Origin: Lama glama
Taxonomy: Eukaryota
Direction of reading: 5' to 3'
Assembly: GCA_028534125.1 (NCBI GenBank)
Contig: CM052816.1
Span: 54,128,001 to 54,192,000, forward strand
Length of the DNA stretch: 64,000 bases
Made by a program: the position numbers and the translations under genes. Position 1 is the stretch's first letter. The number at the start of each line of letters is the position of its first letter. This document shows, in pieces, positions 1 to 13,939 of this stretch. The notes under the pieces were generated by a model that worked only from the letters and a program-made list of their open reading frames with translations, made no database searches and was not told the DNA's origin.

Positions 1-17
1 CAGAGATTCTCTTATAG

Positions 18-104
18 GCGGAGATCCTGCAAGAGTCCCGCATGATGATCCCAGATTGCCAGCGCAGGTTGGAAGCTGCATACAGTGACCTTCTGCAATT
101 ATTA
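18..104 (+). CDS. TBCA: Tubulin-folding cofactor A, penultimate coding exon (AEILQESRMMIPDCQRRLEAAYSDLLQLL)
   Basis: Acceptor tatag at 13-17, donor gtaagt at 105-110; 87 nt, phase 0; translation matches the mammalian TBCA segment AEILQESRMMIPDCQRRLEAAY. Confidence 0.97.
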
Positions 105-2236
105 GTAAGTAATAGTTATGTATCTTATGTTTCACTTTTTTTTTCAGTCTAATACATGGAAGGCCAAGATTTTAAATATTTAACACTGAAAGCTAGTTGG
201 TGACATTTTGTTTGCTTGTTCAGTATATCAGTTTATTTTTAAATAATTAATGGAGTTTAAATGGTATTTTAAGTTATACCTCCAGTAAAAGTACTGTGTC
301 TAGCATGTTTACTTTTTATTTAAACTTAGTTAATTAAATGTATTTAAGTTATTAGGGTAGGTATACATACTAGTAATATTGTACAGCAATATCTTGAATT
401 ACTTGGTTTTCATACATGAAGATCTTTTTGGACACATTAAAGGTGAGTAGTCTGTCTAAAATTTTAAAAGATCCAAATATTTCCAATGAATTTGGGCCCT
501 TTTAAAAAAGTTTTGGAATTCTTTCTGATTCAAACCTTAATCTATTTGAGAGAGGGGGGAAAAGATACCCTGCAATATATAGGCAGACCCCTCATATTAA
601 CCTAGAGCTGGATAACACTGTTATCATACTTGGCTGGTATAAATGTCTTGTGATACAGTAGCAGAATCACTTTTAAAGGGATTCTAAGAAAAATGAAAAG
701 TCATCTTATTTCTTTCTTAGTAGAGTTGAAAGCCTAATACTGTATGCAAGCCAATTGTTACTGCTGCTTGATGATAATTTGATGAATTCTATCATTTCCT
801 TTACTAACCTCATTTTATGTTTCTAGTTTGTGAGCTAATACTTATTTCTAGCTACATAGCTGTCTCCTGATTCATTGTTCCTTATATTACAAAAATAATG
901 TGAGGCTTTTTCAGGATGAATATAAATATGTATTCCTTGAAAGAGAATGAGATCTGTTTTCCCACCAAAATAATATTAGGACTAAATCTGTAGAAAAAAA
1001 GAAGGAGAGAATTACTCACATTTTACTTTACTTTTGACACAGAACTCATATATATCTATAGGAACCTTTTAAAGGCAGGGTAACTCTCTCTAAAGCCAAA
1101 AATGAAACTTTGATTTTAAAATAGAAGATAGACGAAAGCAGGAAATAATTACTGTATTAAAATATTACCTAAAACAGAAGCATCATTTGTGTCTCCTAAC
1201 AATTTAAATACTTTTTTCTCTCATTAATCTAGTTGCTGAGAAAGTAACAGAAATTGCTTGAAAAAATAATACTGTCTTTGGATTGATATATTTGTGTTTG
1301 AGATATATTCAGCAGTATATCTATTACCCTCAAAGAGCTTGTATTTCCTGACAGAGAACAAACACATGTTTAGGTGTAATATGGAGGTTTAAGAAATTAT
1401 TACCTGTAGTATGAATTAAGCAAATCCTCAGTCATTTTTGCTTTAAATTTTCATATTAGATGGATACACACACACTTTATTCCCTCTGCTCTATAACTGT
1501 TTGTGTGTCTCCATCTTTTATTGACTTGATGTGAATTGCTGACCTTAGCTGCATTTGTTTATTAAAAAATCAAACAATTTGCCATGCACATTAACTTAGA
1601 TGATGTTACTTTATTTATCTATTACTGTTACAATAGATTAGTCAAATTTTTCTGTATATAGTATGGAAAAACTCAATCTTTAAATATCAGAAAATGAAAG
1701 ATACTAGTAGTTTGTTTCCTTGTAGTAGGGTACATAATACTCATTAACAAGCAGACGGTTCACTTTTCTGAGTCAAAGATTGTATTAACTCTAGTGTGAC
1801 ACCTTCTTTGTTGTGAGTAGTTGGAGGATTATTTTAGTCTGAATGTAAACAAATTTTTGCTTTTAGTGCATTAGTAATCTCATTTCTATGGCAATGTGGT
1901 GACAAAGTGAGAATACATTTTTTAAAATTTTTCTGAGGTTTCAGTTTAATTACTTAATGCCAATAGCTTTAGATGACCATGCTTTTTTCACTTATTGTAT
2001 GCGAATATACAGTGAAACAAAACCAAACCTGTTATTTCTTTCCTTATCTGTAATGAAAGAGCACAATTGTTCTCTGGAAATTTGTAGAACTATAGTATAT
2101 TTAGATGAGAGTTCAGATCCTTTTTATTTTAACTTTTGAGCTGCTTACATTGATAGTTTGTAATATCTGAGTAATAAATAACAAAGTACTGAAGTTCAAG
2201 AAGGATAAACCTAATTTTTATTATATTTCATTTCAG

Positions 2237-2317
2237 GAGAGTGAAAAAGACTTGGAAGAAGCTGTGGAATATAAGGAGGCACGTGTAGTACTGGATTCAG
2301 TGAAGTTAGAAGCCTGA
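2237..2317 (+). CDS. TBCA: Tubulin-folding cofactor A, last coding exon (ESEKDLEEAVEYKEARVVLDSVKLEA*)
   Basis: Acceptor tttcag at 2231-2236; in frame with the previous exon; ends in the TBCA C-terminus VLDSVKLEA, TGA at 2315-2317. Confidence 0.97.
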   Translation, partial: ESEKDLEEAVEYKEARVVLDSVKLEA

Positions 2318-2435
2318 AGTTTTTCTGTACAGGGTGTTTTTGCATTAAATCCTGGGATCCATTCCACAATTCATTATTTTTGACCACTGCTGTGTGTTCA
2401 GGTAGTATGAGAATGTGATTCTTCTTATGCAGTGC

Positions 2436-2935
2436 NNNNNNNNNNNNNNNNNNNNNNNNNNNNNNNNNNNNNNNNNNNNNNNNNNNNNNNNNNNNNNNNN
2501 NNNNNNNNNNNNNNNNNNNNNNNNNNNNNNNNNNNNNNNNNNNNNNNNNNNNNNNNNNNNNNNNNNNNNNNNNNNNNNNNNNNNNNNNNNNNNNNNNNNN
2601 NNNNNNNNNNNNNNNNNNNNNNNNNNNNNNNNNNNNNNNNNNNNNNNNNNNNNNNNNNNNNNNNNNNNNNNNNNNNNNNNNNNNNNNNNNNNNNNNNNNN
2701 NNNNNNNNNNNNNNNNNNNNNNNNNNNNNNNNNNNNNNNNNNNNNNNNNNNNNNNNNNNNNNNNNNNNNNNNNNNNNNNNNNNNNNNNNNNNNNNNNNNN
2801 NNNNNNNNNNNNNNNNNNNNNNNNNNNNNNNNNNNNNNNNNNNNNNNNNNNNNNNNNNNNNNNNNNNNNNNNNNNNNNNNNNNNNNNNNNNNNNNNNNNN
2901 NNNNNNNNNNNNNNNNNNNNNNNNNNNNNNNNNNN
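2436..2935. other. Assembly gap (500 N) whose flanks overlap by 148 bp
   Basis: Run of N; 2288-2435 is repeated exactly at 2936-3083. Confidence 0.97.
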
Positions 2936-3115
2936 GTACTGGATTCAGTGAAGTTAGAAGCCTGAAGTTTTTCTGTACAGGGTGTTTTTGCATTAAATCC
3001 TGGGATCCATTCCACAATTCATTATTTTTGACCACTGCTGTGTGTTCAGGTAGTATGAGAATGTGATTCTTCTTATGCAGTGCATATATTTTTCTTTGCC
3101 TAATTTAATGTGTCA

Positions 3116-3138
3116 AATAAATGAGTTCATCTAATAAA
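3116..3138 (+). terminator. TBCA: TBCA polyadenylation signals
   Basis: AATAAA at 3116-3121 and 3133-3138, followed by T-rich sequence; gives a short 3' UTR once the gap duplication is collapsed. Confidence 0.75.
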
Positions 3139-6100
3139 ATTGCTTCTTTCATACTTTACAAAGTATTTTAATTAACCTTCTATCATTGAATTGTAGCTGT
3201 TTTGACAGAATTAAAATCTCTTAGGTTCTATTTAAAGTCTGGGTATTTTGCTGCTTAAGTATGGATTAAGTTAAAAACAGGATACTTTTTTTTAAGGTAA
3301 AAATCCAAATTTTGAGCAGTTTTTTTCTGAAAAGGGTGCAATGCCTAGATAAGAAAGTAAGACCCTCTCCGTGGGCACAGCCTTACGTATTTGTTCACAG
3401 TGAAAGTCTAAGATTTCCATTACTGTGAACTAATGTGAAACATTTAAATCTTTTTCCAGAAAGACAGATTTATACAGAAAACACCAACCAACCATTTAGA
3501 TGGTCAAGAATAAGATTCTTATGAATAGTAAAGAATTGAATTGGATTTTAAAGGAATAATGGCAATTGCCTGAGATGTGCTGGGAAATGTTTTACGGCTT
3601 TTCAGAATGGGAAGAGAACCTCTGATTTGTAGCTTTTGCTGATTTCTGTAGTCTTAAAAACTCCCGCTGTGACTGATTTCAAGCTACTAAAGTGACATCA
3701 CTGAACAGAGTTGGGAAGATACAAGCCACCTTCAGCCATAGCCAAACGTGGATTATCTTGATTGACTAGAAAAGGCTGTTTCATCACAAAGCTTTTTCCA
3801 GTACAATTGTAAACCCATTACCTAATCATTTGAGTTTATTTTCCAAAACTATGTGGTGACTCGTATTTTGTTTTCTCACATTTCTAGAAAGTGTGTATGA
3901 ACCATGATCTAATGAACCAGAATAGTAACATTTAAACTTTAAAGCTCGTAATTGAAAAAAATAAGAAAACTTGAATTTTTGCTGCTATAAAATACATACC
4001 TATGGTATGGTTGGTCTGATTTTGGAAGTTGCAAATGATACTAGAAACTGTAAGATTTACTGAATCTGTCAAAAAGACCAGAGTAGAAAAAAATAATATG
4101 TTCTTTCCCAATGTTATTTCTAAAGGCTACTCTATTTCGAAGAGCAGAATGTATCATTTATAAAATAAAACTTTTACATATTCAGAAAATTACTTCATCA
4201 GAGAATAACATATATCTAAAGCATTTCTAAATTGAAATGTCATCATTTTTAAACATTACATGCCATTTTTTAAAGTATTTGAGGTGGGAGAGGGGAAGAG
4301 TGAAGAAATAAAAACTATAATTACAATGTAAAATTTTATACTAAGGTTCAGTATTAGAGACTTGAGCACCAGGAGAATTGAAACTCTTTAGATTATTTTG
4401 TGGCTGATATTAAGCACCAGAACAGATGAGTTTTTTTCAGTATTGGGTTTTTGGTTTTGTTTGGGGTTTTTGGTTTTGTTTGGGGGGGAGTTTTTTGCAT
4501 ATTAAGGTTTTAAATAAAGTATTTTAGTATTTTAATGTAAGACCTCTCATTTCAGCCTTCTGTCAAATACATAAATATAACATAGTTTCATAACAAATGG
4601 TTTCCTTATCAACTAAAGCTTGACAAGAACATATCTCCTTCCTGAGAAAAGTAGTCCTGAAGGGTAACTTTTGTGGCCACAACCCAAATGTTGGTACCTC
4701 AAAAAATTATTTTCTTGTCAAAAAGTCTAAGAAAGAAGAAATCAACAACAAGGTAGATGAAAAGAAATATATCTTGTCATATATGAGACTCTTATCTCAG
4801 CTGCTATAGATTTTATACTGACTTTCTCCAGGTATTGATGAGAAGCAGCAAGAAGCTTAGTATTCTGTGAAGTCTCATACCTGAGAACTTTTGACCCATT
4901 CCACATACGTTTTTGTGGCCAAGAGGCACATTAAGAACAGTTATAATTGATTTAGCATTAATTTGTTTTTAAGCTTTTGTTTAAAACCTTACATCTGTGT
5001 AACAATAAGTAGAAATTCCCTAAAGTAAGATTGCTCTTTTTCTCCCTGCACCAGCACCTGACCCTCAACCAACATATAGCAGTTGCTCAATAAACATTTG
5101 TAAAGTGAAAAGCAAAACATGTCTAATCTCTGAAGTGAGAGAAAGAATGCTATGAAGGATTCCATCTCATCACGAAACACACTGAATACAGTGCTTTTCA
5201 AGCTGTTTTGATCCCAAAGCACAGTAAGAAACACATTTTCCATTGTGATCCAGTATGTATGTATATGGGTCTATATTATATAAAATAGTAAGTATCCTTA
5301 ATATGTACAATTCCTCAGATTTTTTGTATTGTTTCATCTTTTTAATACTGATCATGACCACCTGCTATTGGATTATAAAAAACACTACCCTAAAATAATA
5401 ATATAAAATAATACTTACAAAAATATTCATGTATATATAATTCACTTAGACAAATATGTATATATATCTTTAATACATATATAAACTTCTTTGATATGTA
5501 TCCATCAACTTCCTAAGTCTCAGAGCAGTTGTCTCAGTGAATGTGTGCAAATTTACACACATTGCAGGCATGAAGTGTCATGGTAATGTGTAATCATTTA
5601 ACATTTGTTAGGTGCCCTTAGTCCTTGCACAGACCAATGCAGTGGCATCCATAGAGTAAATAGACAAAACGAAGACAGGTGGCAGAATCAAGTAATAAAC
5701 CTAATTTTTCTGTGTTTTTCTGAACAGCAAAGGGCACATCATTTCTAAGTAAGTAAGAATGTGCATAAGATAAAGAAATAGAGATATATGGGATGCATAA
5801 AGTGACCAAATTCAGGCTGGTTTTAACATGCCATTGAGAGCATTCCCATGTTTCAGCATTTTCACCTGGACATTCTTAGCTAATGGTGAATCAATCAATC
5901 CTACTAAATCAAGTACCCCTTCAAAGCCCTGGACAGGAGCTTTTGAGACATTTACATTTTGGGTAAGTATTACCATCTCAAGAACTAGGTTGTCCTTCCA
6001 TTATCCTATTTTGTACCATGTGAATAAATCATGCAAACAGTTCCTTGGGAAGGAATGAAACTTGTAGGGAGGAAAAAAAAACTAAAATGAGGACATGTTT

Positions 6101-6809
6101 ATGAGTAATGAAAGGTGGTTAAAATGATATATTGTAACGTTCATTTAACTTTTCTCCAATTTCTGGTGAGAAACAATCAAGGCCTAATATTTTAAAATTT
6201 TCTCTATGCCTGTACCTGTACACTGAATCACTTCCAAATTGAGCAGTCAAACCTGGTTAATCTAAATTACTTTGCAAACTTCATTACATTACTTGGCTTT
6301 TTAAAAATCCTATCAAATTTAATAAGGACATATCATACAGCTGGTTATCACTTAAATCTTATTATTTGGTGATTTAGATAAACCAAAGACAGATTAACCC
6401 TTTCCTCAGTGGTGAGTTAGGGCCTTTAAATGTCAGAGTAAACTTGATAGTATGTGAGCAAGAGCTGTAAAGTATTTGGCATTAAAGGGTCAATCAGATA
6501 ATTTAATCCTTGAGACTCTTTTGAATGCTTTAGCTGGAAAGAACTTGAACGGTTTGGAAATGGTACACCATGAAACAAGTTAATAAGTATTAGTGTACTT
6601 GAAATTTTCAAGAGTGCTTCATAAAATTCTACATTGCACTCCACTATTAGTGCACTTACAATATGAGAAATATTTGTTCATGTATTAGACTGTTGCATAG
6701 AAAGGTATAATTAATTTATGTTACAGTAGATCTGCACTTTATATTTTGTTTTGTGCTTTCTGTTGACTGTTGGATAGTTGACAAGGTGCTTTCAAATTCT
6801 TGGGGGGCA

Positions 6810-8710
6810 TATGTCACAAAAGGTTAATATTTTTAATGTACAAAAGACCTTTCAAATTAATGAGAAAAAAATTCCTAGCACAAAACATAGACAAAGGATA
6901 AAAACAGAGTTCACAAAAGAAGAAATGCAAATGGATAGGTTTTTTTTAATGTTTCACTTCAGTAGTAATCAGATTCAAATTTTAAAAACAATGAAGCAAA
7001 AGTTTTAAAGATGAATACCTGTTGACTATGATAAAGTACTAGACAAAGAGATTAGATTAAAGGATGAAATAAATATTGGAAAGGAGGCATCATTTTCATG
7101 ATATGCAGTTGATAAGATATGTACCAGGAAAACACAATAGAGTCATCTGTAAAATAATTAGTAGCAATGAGAAAAATAAAGTGGGTAGCTGCAAAATGAA
7201 TGTATACCACTATTATGGGTTGAATTTTGTGCTTGAAAAAGATACGCTGAAATCCTAACTCCCAGTACCTCAGAATATGGGAGATATTATCAGTCATGAT
7301 GAGGTCACACTCAAGTAGGGTAGGCCTTTAATATGACTGATGTCCTAATAAGACAATGTGAAGACACAGCAAGAAGGCCATATGACAACATAGGATGAGG
7401 CTGGAGTTACGCAGCTGCAAGCCAGGGAATACCTAGGTGACACCAGAGGCTATGAGAAAGGCATGGGACAGATTCTCCTTTTAGATCCTTGGAGAGAGTA
7501 TGACTGCGAACACTGTGATTGAGACTTCTAGCCTCCAGAACTGTGAGTTGATACATTTCTGTTGTTTTCAGCTACTTATCTTGTGGTGCTTTGTTACAGC
7601 AGTCTTAAAAAATGAATACATAGAACCCAAAAGCTTTTCTGTATGTCATCAATAACCAAATCTAATGGAAAAGTAAATCCCTAAGGAGACTCATAGAAGA
7701 CGATGTTTAGAAAAAGAACTTGCACTACATACATACGGAAAGTTGATATTCTCAAAATGTTGTTTCTCCCTAGGCCAATCTGTAAATTCAATGAACTAAA
7801 ATATAACATGGTTTGGAGAGAGAAGGGGAATTTTAGGAAATGATTCTAAAATGCAATTTTTAAAAATCTTAAAGAGGAAAGAACATCTGGGAGGGGGATA
7901 TGAAAAGAAATAGTGATGAGGGGAAACTAGCTCTGCTCACTATCAAAAATTTATCAAGTTGCAATAATTAAATGTATGGGAAAAGAAATAGAAAATCAAA
8001 GAGAATAGAGTCCAGAAGCAAACTCAGATATATATGGATATATATTTAATATACAATAAAGAATATTTCAGACCTATTAGAATGGTAGATAAATCATTGG
8101 GATAACCAGCTAACCATTTGGAAGAAAGATAAGCTAGACTTCTATTTCATCTCTCACACCAAAGTAAACTTCAACTGAGTCAAATTTTCAGTATAAAAAG
8201 GAAAAAGTGTTAGAAGGAAAGATCAGTGAAACTCATAGATTAAAAAAGAATTTTTAATTGAGCATTTAAGGAAAGAGAAAACACACTGTTGGTGAGAATA
8301 TTTTAAAGACGGCAATTCTCCACAAATTAATATATAAAAGTAATGCCACAATTATCAAAATGAGATATATGGAGAAAAATTAATGATGAGACTATCCAAG
8401 AAAATCTTGAAAATAGAGAATTGGTAAGGGGGGAGGGAATAAATATAGGAGAGTGCAGCCTGATACTAGAACTTAAAATGACTACATTTAAAACAGTGAA
8501 ACCAGTGTAAGATTAAACTGTCAGCAGAATAGACTAGAAACCCCAAGCCCACACTAAGTATATGTATCAATACATAAGTACCTGGTAGACATGGCATCTC
8601 ATAGGATGGATATTATATAAATGGAATTAGGAAAGTTAGGAAAATAAAAAATGATTTTCTGTCTCATTCCAAAAAACAAAATAAAGCTTAAATACATTAA
8701 AGAATTAAAT
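6810..8710 (+). mobile_element. Old degraded L1 (L1M-type) ORF2 fragments, interrupted by an MLT1 LTR
   Basis: A-rich + strand with L1-like phrases (ttcacaaaagaagaaatgcaaatgg; aatagagtccagaagcaaactcagatatatatgga); boundaries approximate. Confidence 0.55.
7211..7620 (+). mobile_element. MaLR solo LTR (MLT1-like)
   Basis: Starts tattatgggttgaattttgtg; typical end gacttctagcctccagaactgtgag...atttctgttgttttcag...tttgttacagcagtc...aataca. Confidence 0.8.
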
Positions 8711-8715
8711 TTATG

Positions 8716-9270
8716 GAACAAGCATTTCTTGAGCCTCTACTGTTAGCCAGGCACTATTTTGAAGCTGGGATGTCATGGTGAGTAAAACAAAGATCTCTGT
8801 CTGCCCTTGAAGAGCATACCACTCATGGATATTGACAATAAATAAATAAGAAAATAGCAGTAATGTGTTCTGTGCATAAACATGAAATGATGTGCTAGAG
8901 AACAGTTGGGTTATCAGGGAAGGCTTCCTGAAAGGTGACATTTGAGCTGAGCTCTGAACCAGAAATTCAGCACAGAAGTACACTCCAAGCAAAAGAGAAC
9001 TGGTGTGAAACCTAAGACAAGAAGGTGCTTGGTGAATTCTGAGAACCGGTGAGACAGGAGCCCATTAAGTGATGAGGAAACTAGCAGAAGAATTCGTGGG
9101 GCTTTGTAAGCTAAGGAAAGAAATTAAGATTTTACTCTGAAGAGAGTCCACAAAGATTTTAAGCCAAGGAGTAATATGACTTAATTAGCATTGTTTTAAG
9201 ATCTTGTTGCTCTGTAGAGACTGAGTCATAAGCAGAAGTGAAAGCTGAGATAGGGTACTATATTGGTACA
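8716..9270 (-). mobile_element. L2 LINE 3' fragment
   Basis: L2-like motifs caagcatttcttgagcctctactgttagccaggcact and atcagggaaggcttcctgaaaggtgacatttgagctgag. Confidence 0.65.
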
Positions 9271-9698
9271 GAGTTAAATGTTTTTTAAAAAGTGTGAAAA
9301 GCTAAGAATATTTTAGCTAACATTCACTCTTTGAGTGGAAAATGAATGTTTAAGTATACAAAGAAAATGAATAGATTTTGCTGAACATTTAAAATATCTA
9401 TTTTTCAAAATAAATCTAAGTTACATGACAAATGACAAACATCAAACTGGGATCTACATAAAGGAAGAGGATCAAAGAAAGAATAAGTGAGGTAAGATGA
9501 AAACTTTCATTTCTCTCTTTGTTAATTAATCAAACATAGCAATTTTCCAAAATAATAGCACCAATGTATTGAATTAGACATGCATATATATACACACATA
9601 TATGCTGATATATTTATGATACTATGAAAAAAGCAGGTGGTATTGTTGCATTTTTACCTGTGGAAACAGCTTTGCCACAAAGATGGCACAATGAAATT

Positions 9699-11134
9699 CT
9701 TTTTTGTTTATTGAAATACAGTTGATTTACAGTGTTGTGTTAGTTTCTGGTAACAATGATTCATATATATATTTACATATAGTCCTTTTCATATTCTTTG
9801 TCATCATAGATTATTACAAGATATTGAATACAGTTCCTTATGCTGTACAGTAGGACTTTGTTGTTTATTTTTTATATAGTAGTATCTGCAAATACTGAAT
9901 TCCCAATTTAACTCTCCCTCCACTTACCCCCTGCTAACCAAAAGTTCGTTTTCTATGTCTGTGAGTCAGTTTCTGTTTTGTAAAAGAAGTTCATTTGTGT
10001 CATTTTTTTAGATTCCACATATAAGTAATATCATATGGTATTTGTTTTTCTCTGTCTGACTTATTTCACTTAGCACGATAATCTCTAGGTCCATCCGTGT
10101 TGCTGCAAATGGCATTATTTCATTCTTTTTTATTGCCGAGTAGTTTTCTATTGTGTGTGTGTGTATATATATGTAATATATGTAATATACATATATACAT
10201 ACATACATACGCGCACACACCACATTTTTATCCAATTCTCTGTCAATGACATTTAGGATGCTTCCATGTCTTGGCTATTGTAAATAGTGCTGCTATGAAC
10301 ACTGGGGTGCATATATATTTTCAAATTAGAGTTTCTTCTGGCTATATGCCTGGGATTGAGATTGTTGGATCATATGGTAAGTCTATTTTTAGTTTTTTAA
10401 GAAATCTTCATTCTGTTTTCCATAGTGGCTGCACCAAATTACATTCCCACCAACAGTGTAGGAGGGTTCCCTTTTCTCCATACCTTCTCCAGCATTTATC
10501 ATTTGTGGACCATTTAATGATGGCCATTTTGACCGGTGTGAGATGATACCTTATTGTGGTTTTGATTTGCATTTCTCTGAATGTTAGCGATGCTGAGCAT
10601 CTTTTCACGTGCCTATTGGCTATCTGTCTTCGTTGGAGAAATGTCTGCTTAGGTCTTCTGCCCATTTGTTGATTGGGTTATTTGTTTTTTGTTACGGAAT
10701 TGTATGAGCAGTTTGTATATTCTAGAAATTAATCCCTTGTCAGTCTCATTGCTTGTGAATATTTTCTCCCATTCTGTAGGTGGTCTTTTCATTTTGCTGT
10801 GCAAAAGCTTCTAAGTTTGATTAGGTCACATTTGTTAATTTTTGCTTTTATTTCTATTGGCTTGGTAGATGGATCTGGGAGAACATTGCTTCGATTTATA
10901 TCAGAGAATGTTTTGCCTATGTTTTCTTCTAGGAGATTTATAGTGTCTTGTCTTATGATTAAGTCCGTAAGCCATTTTGAGTTTATTTTTGTGTATGGTG
11001 TGAGGGAGTACTCTTAACTTCACTGATTTACATGCAGCTATCCAGCTTTCTCAGCACCACTTGCTGAAGAGACTGTCTTTTCTCCATTGTGTATTCTTGC
11101 CTCATTTGTCAAAAATTAATTGACTGTAGGTTTG
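9699..11134 (-). mobile_element. 5'-truncated L1 (ORF2 C-terminus and 3' UTR)
   Basis: Minus-strand ORFs 10408-10665 ([21 protein letters not shown]...[18 protein letters not shown]) and 10008-10235 (YSAIKKNEIMPFAATRMDLE) are L1 ORF2 C-terminal motifs; T-rich tail on the left; candidate TSD tgaaatt at 9692-9698 and 11135-11141. Confidence 0.92.
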
Positions 11135-11259
11135 TGAAATTTTATTAAATGAGGCCATCTCTGTTTATGTGATATGAGGGGAAAATTCTTGGTTTTTGAC
11201 ATTGCCAACAAGCAACTTAACATCCATGATTTGGCTGACTTTTCCATGAATTGTTTCAA

Positions 11260-12540
11260 AGCATGATAAAGAGTGTATTTGTAAAGTGTTTAAAACAAAA
11301 TAAAGAAGAATATGTATGACTTTCAAGAAGGGAAGAATTTCTAAAGACACACACACAAAATGAAATACACGAAGAAGGAATTTATCAATTTGACATTAAA
11401 AGTGAGAATTTCTGATCATCCAAAGACACTGTAAACAGAGTGAAAAGATCATTCGCAAACTAGAAAAATATATTTTAAATACAGCTAACAAAAAATTTGT
11501 ATGCAGAATATACATGTAATGCACTAGAAACAAATGGGAAATAGCTTAATAAAAAATAGGCAAAGAATACAAAGTGTCATTTCACAAAAGAAGGGGGACA
11601 TGCTCAAGAAATATTTCAAAGGTGCGCTGCTTCATCAGCTATCAAGGACAGTTGAAACTGAGAGATTTTATATGCATTAGATTGGCAAAAAAAGGTATAA
11701 CTCTTAACAGTTGATGAGCATGTAAGCAATGAACTCATACTTTGCTAATAGAAGGGAAAAGTAGTGCAACTGCTTTGGAAAGCAGTTTACTATTATCGAG
11801 TAAAGATCTCAGAAAATTCTGTATGTGTCTATATTTATATCCATATCTGTATTTTACACTCTTAAGAAATCCTAGCACAGGAGACAAATAGAAGAATGTT
11901 CAGAGGGAGGATATAGCTCAGTGGTAGAGTGCATGCTTAGCATCCACGAGGCCCTGGGTTCAGTCCCCAGTTCTTCCATTAAAATGCACACCTAATTACC
12001 CTCCCCCAAAAAACCTCAAATAAAGTCTAATTTAAAAATAAAAAGGAATGTTGAGAGCAGCATTCTTTGATAACAGCACAAAAAAACTGTAGACAATGCA
12101 AATATCCATTAACTGTAGAAAGAATAAGTAAATTTTGGTTTTTTGATGTAAATATAATCAGTATAAAAATGAGTAAACTACAGTATTGATCAACATGGAT
12201 AAGTCTTAAAAACAATGTTAAAGTGAAAAAAGCAAATCAAAGAGAAGAAATAGTACTATTCTACTTATAAAAAAGATGAAAACAAGCAAAACCAAACAGT
12301 ATTTTGTTTAGGAATATAAACATATATAGTAAAAGTATTAAGAAAACCAAATTCAAGAGGATGGTTTCATATTAAGGATAGTTCTATAGGTAGTAAGGAG
12401 GAGGGGGTGCAGAGGGGAGAGGGGTGTAACTGGGTATGGTCGCCAGGGAGCTTCATGGTTTTAAGGATGGACTTCTCCTTAAGCTAGGTGGTAGGTATCT
12501 TTTAATATTATTATTTAAACTGTACGTATATATTATACAT
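11260..12540 (+). mobile_element. Old L1 (L1ME/MC-like) 3' region hosting a SINE
   Basis: L1-like phrases (aaatatccattaactgtagaaagaataagtaaattttgg; aacatggataagtcttaaaaacaatgtt); boundaries approximate. Confidence 0.6.
11906..12045 (+). mobile_element. tRNA-derived SINE (camelid Vic-1-like)
   Basis: Pol III A-box tagctcagtgg, B-box-like gggttcagtccc, A-rich tail; TSD gaatgtt(c/g)agag at 11894-11905 and 12046-12057. Confidence 0.85.
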
Positions 12541-12619
12541 TTTGAAATAACAACTTTGTTGAGGTGTTTGTTGTCACATACTATACAATTCACCCATTTA
12601 AAGCATACAATTCAATTCA

Positions 12620-12770
12620 ACCCACCTTGGTTGGTTGAATCCTCAGATGCAGAACTAGGCTGACTCTGGTATGCCATTTTATATTATAAGAGATGTGAGC
12701 ATCCACTCAACTGTGGTAACTGTGGGGTATCCTGGAACCAATTCTGCCCCATACTGAGGGAAAACTATAT
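12620..12770. mobile_element. Tigger/MER2-like DNA transposon fragment within an old minus-strand L1 3' end
   Basis: ttggttgaatcctcagatgcagaac...ggggtatcctggaaccaattc...atactgagggaaaact resembles MER2-type ends. Confidence 0.5.
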
Positions 12771-13939
12771 ATTCACAGTTATAAAACCATTACCACTCTC
12801 TAATTCTCTCATTTTCATGACCTCAAAAAGAAACCTTGTACCCAGTAGCAGTCACTCCCCATTTACCCCTAATCCCCTAGTCCTGCACGACCACCAGTCT
12901 ACTTTCTACCTCTACAGACTGCCTCTTCCAAACATTCATATACATCGAACTACACAATATGTAGTCCTCTGAGATGGACTTATTTCACTTCATATAATGT
13001 TTTCATTGTATGAAAACCCGTATTTCACCCGTATTGTAATATGTATCCATTCCTCATTCCTTTTATGCTGAATAATATTCCATTGTATGAACTGACCAGC
13101 TTATGGTTTTTTATTTATCAGTTTGTGAGCATTTGGGTTGTTTCCACTATGTGCATATTCTTTTTTTTTAATTGAAGTATAGTTGATTTACAATGTTGTA
13201 TTAAATGTGTTAATTTCTGGTATACACGTGCATATTCTTTTGTAAGTATGAAATGCTTCATAATTTTTAAAATTTATCTAAAGGAAAAAAGGGTCCAAAT
13301 CTCAGATTCAGTCCCTTAGATACAGTCAGGGAAGTGAGTGAGGTTCCTCCATGATTCTGAAGGACTGAGCGGGGAGGAGCAGGGCCTGGAAAACATCTTG
13401 CTCCCCAACGTGTCCTCAGTGCTTAGCATGGTGTCCCACCTTTAGTGACACCAACCCAGTAAATGTTTGTTAAATTAATGAGTCAGTGAGACTTTGAGCT
13501 TCTTCAACCTTTTAAACCCTTGAGAAGAGACACAGTCCCAGTGAATAATTATAATATTAGTTACAGAACTAAAATCACAACAACGTTTACCTGCCAGCCT
13601 CTTGAACACAGCCCTCACCACTGGCAATGATGAATTGCATCACCCAGATAAATGGTGCATCTGCTTAACCAGGACAATCACCTCCAAACAGCTCTGGCCA
13701 GTGATTTTTTAATGGCTTCAGGAAATAACTTCAGGGTGACCCTGGTGTCCTGCCCACCCTCATTACCTCTGGAAGCTGAGGGTCACCCAAAAGAATTCCT
13801 TTGATTCACTTGATGTTGCTTCTTTGTCTCTGTAAAACCACTATTTGGATTCTGGCTGCTTATAAGGTAAATGGTCTGTGCAATATTAAAAGAAATGAAA
13901 GACAGTTGCTACATAGTTATAAATACATATTTCATATTC

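Noticed and set aside
2211..3035. Several long ORFs in the track
   Set aside because: They exist only because they run through the N gap.
4445..4482. 19-bp tandem duplication (also short direct repeats near 27250 and at 29810-29839)
   Set aside because: Ordinary slippage-type duplications in low-complexity or repeat DNA.
11906..11975. tRNA-like sequence with A and B boxes (also at 14074, 15893, 23879, 25420)
   Set aside because: A-rich tails, TSDs and divergence between copies identify them as SINEs, not tRNA genes.
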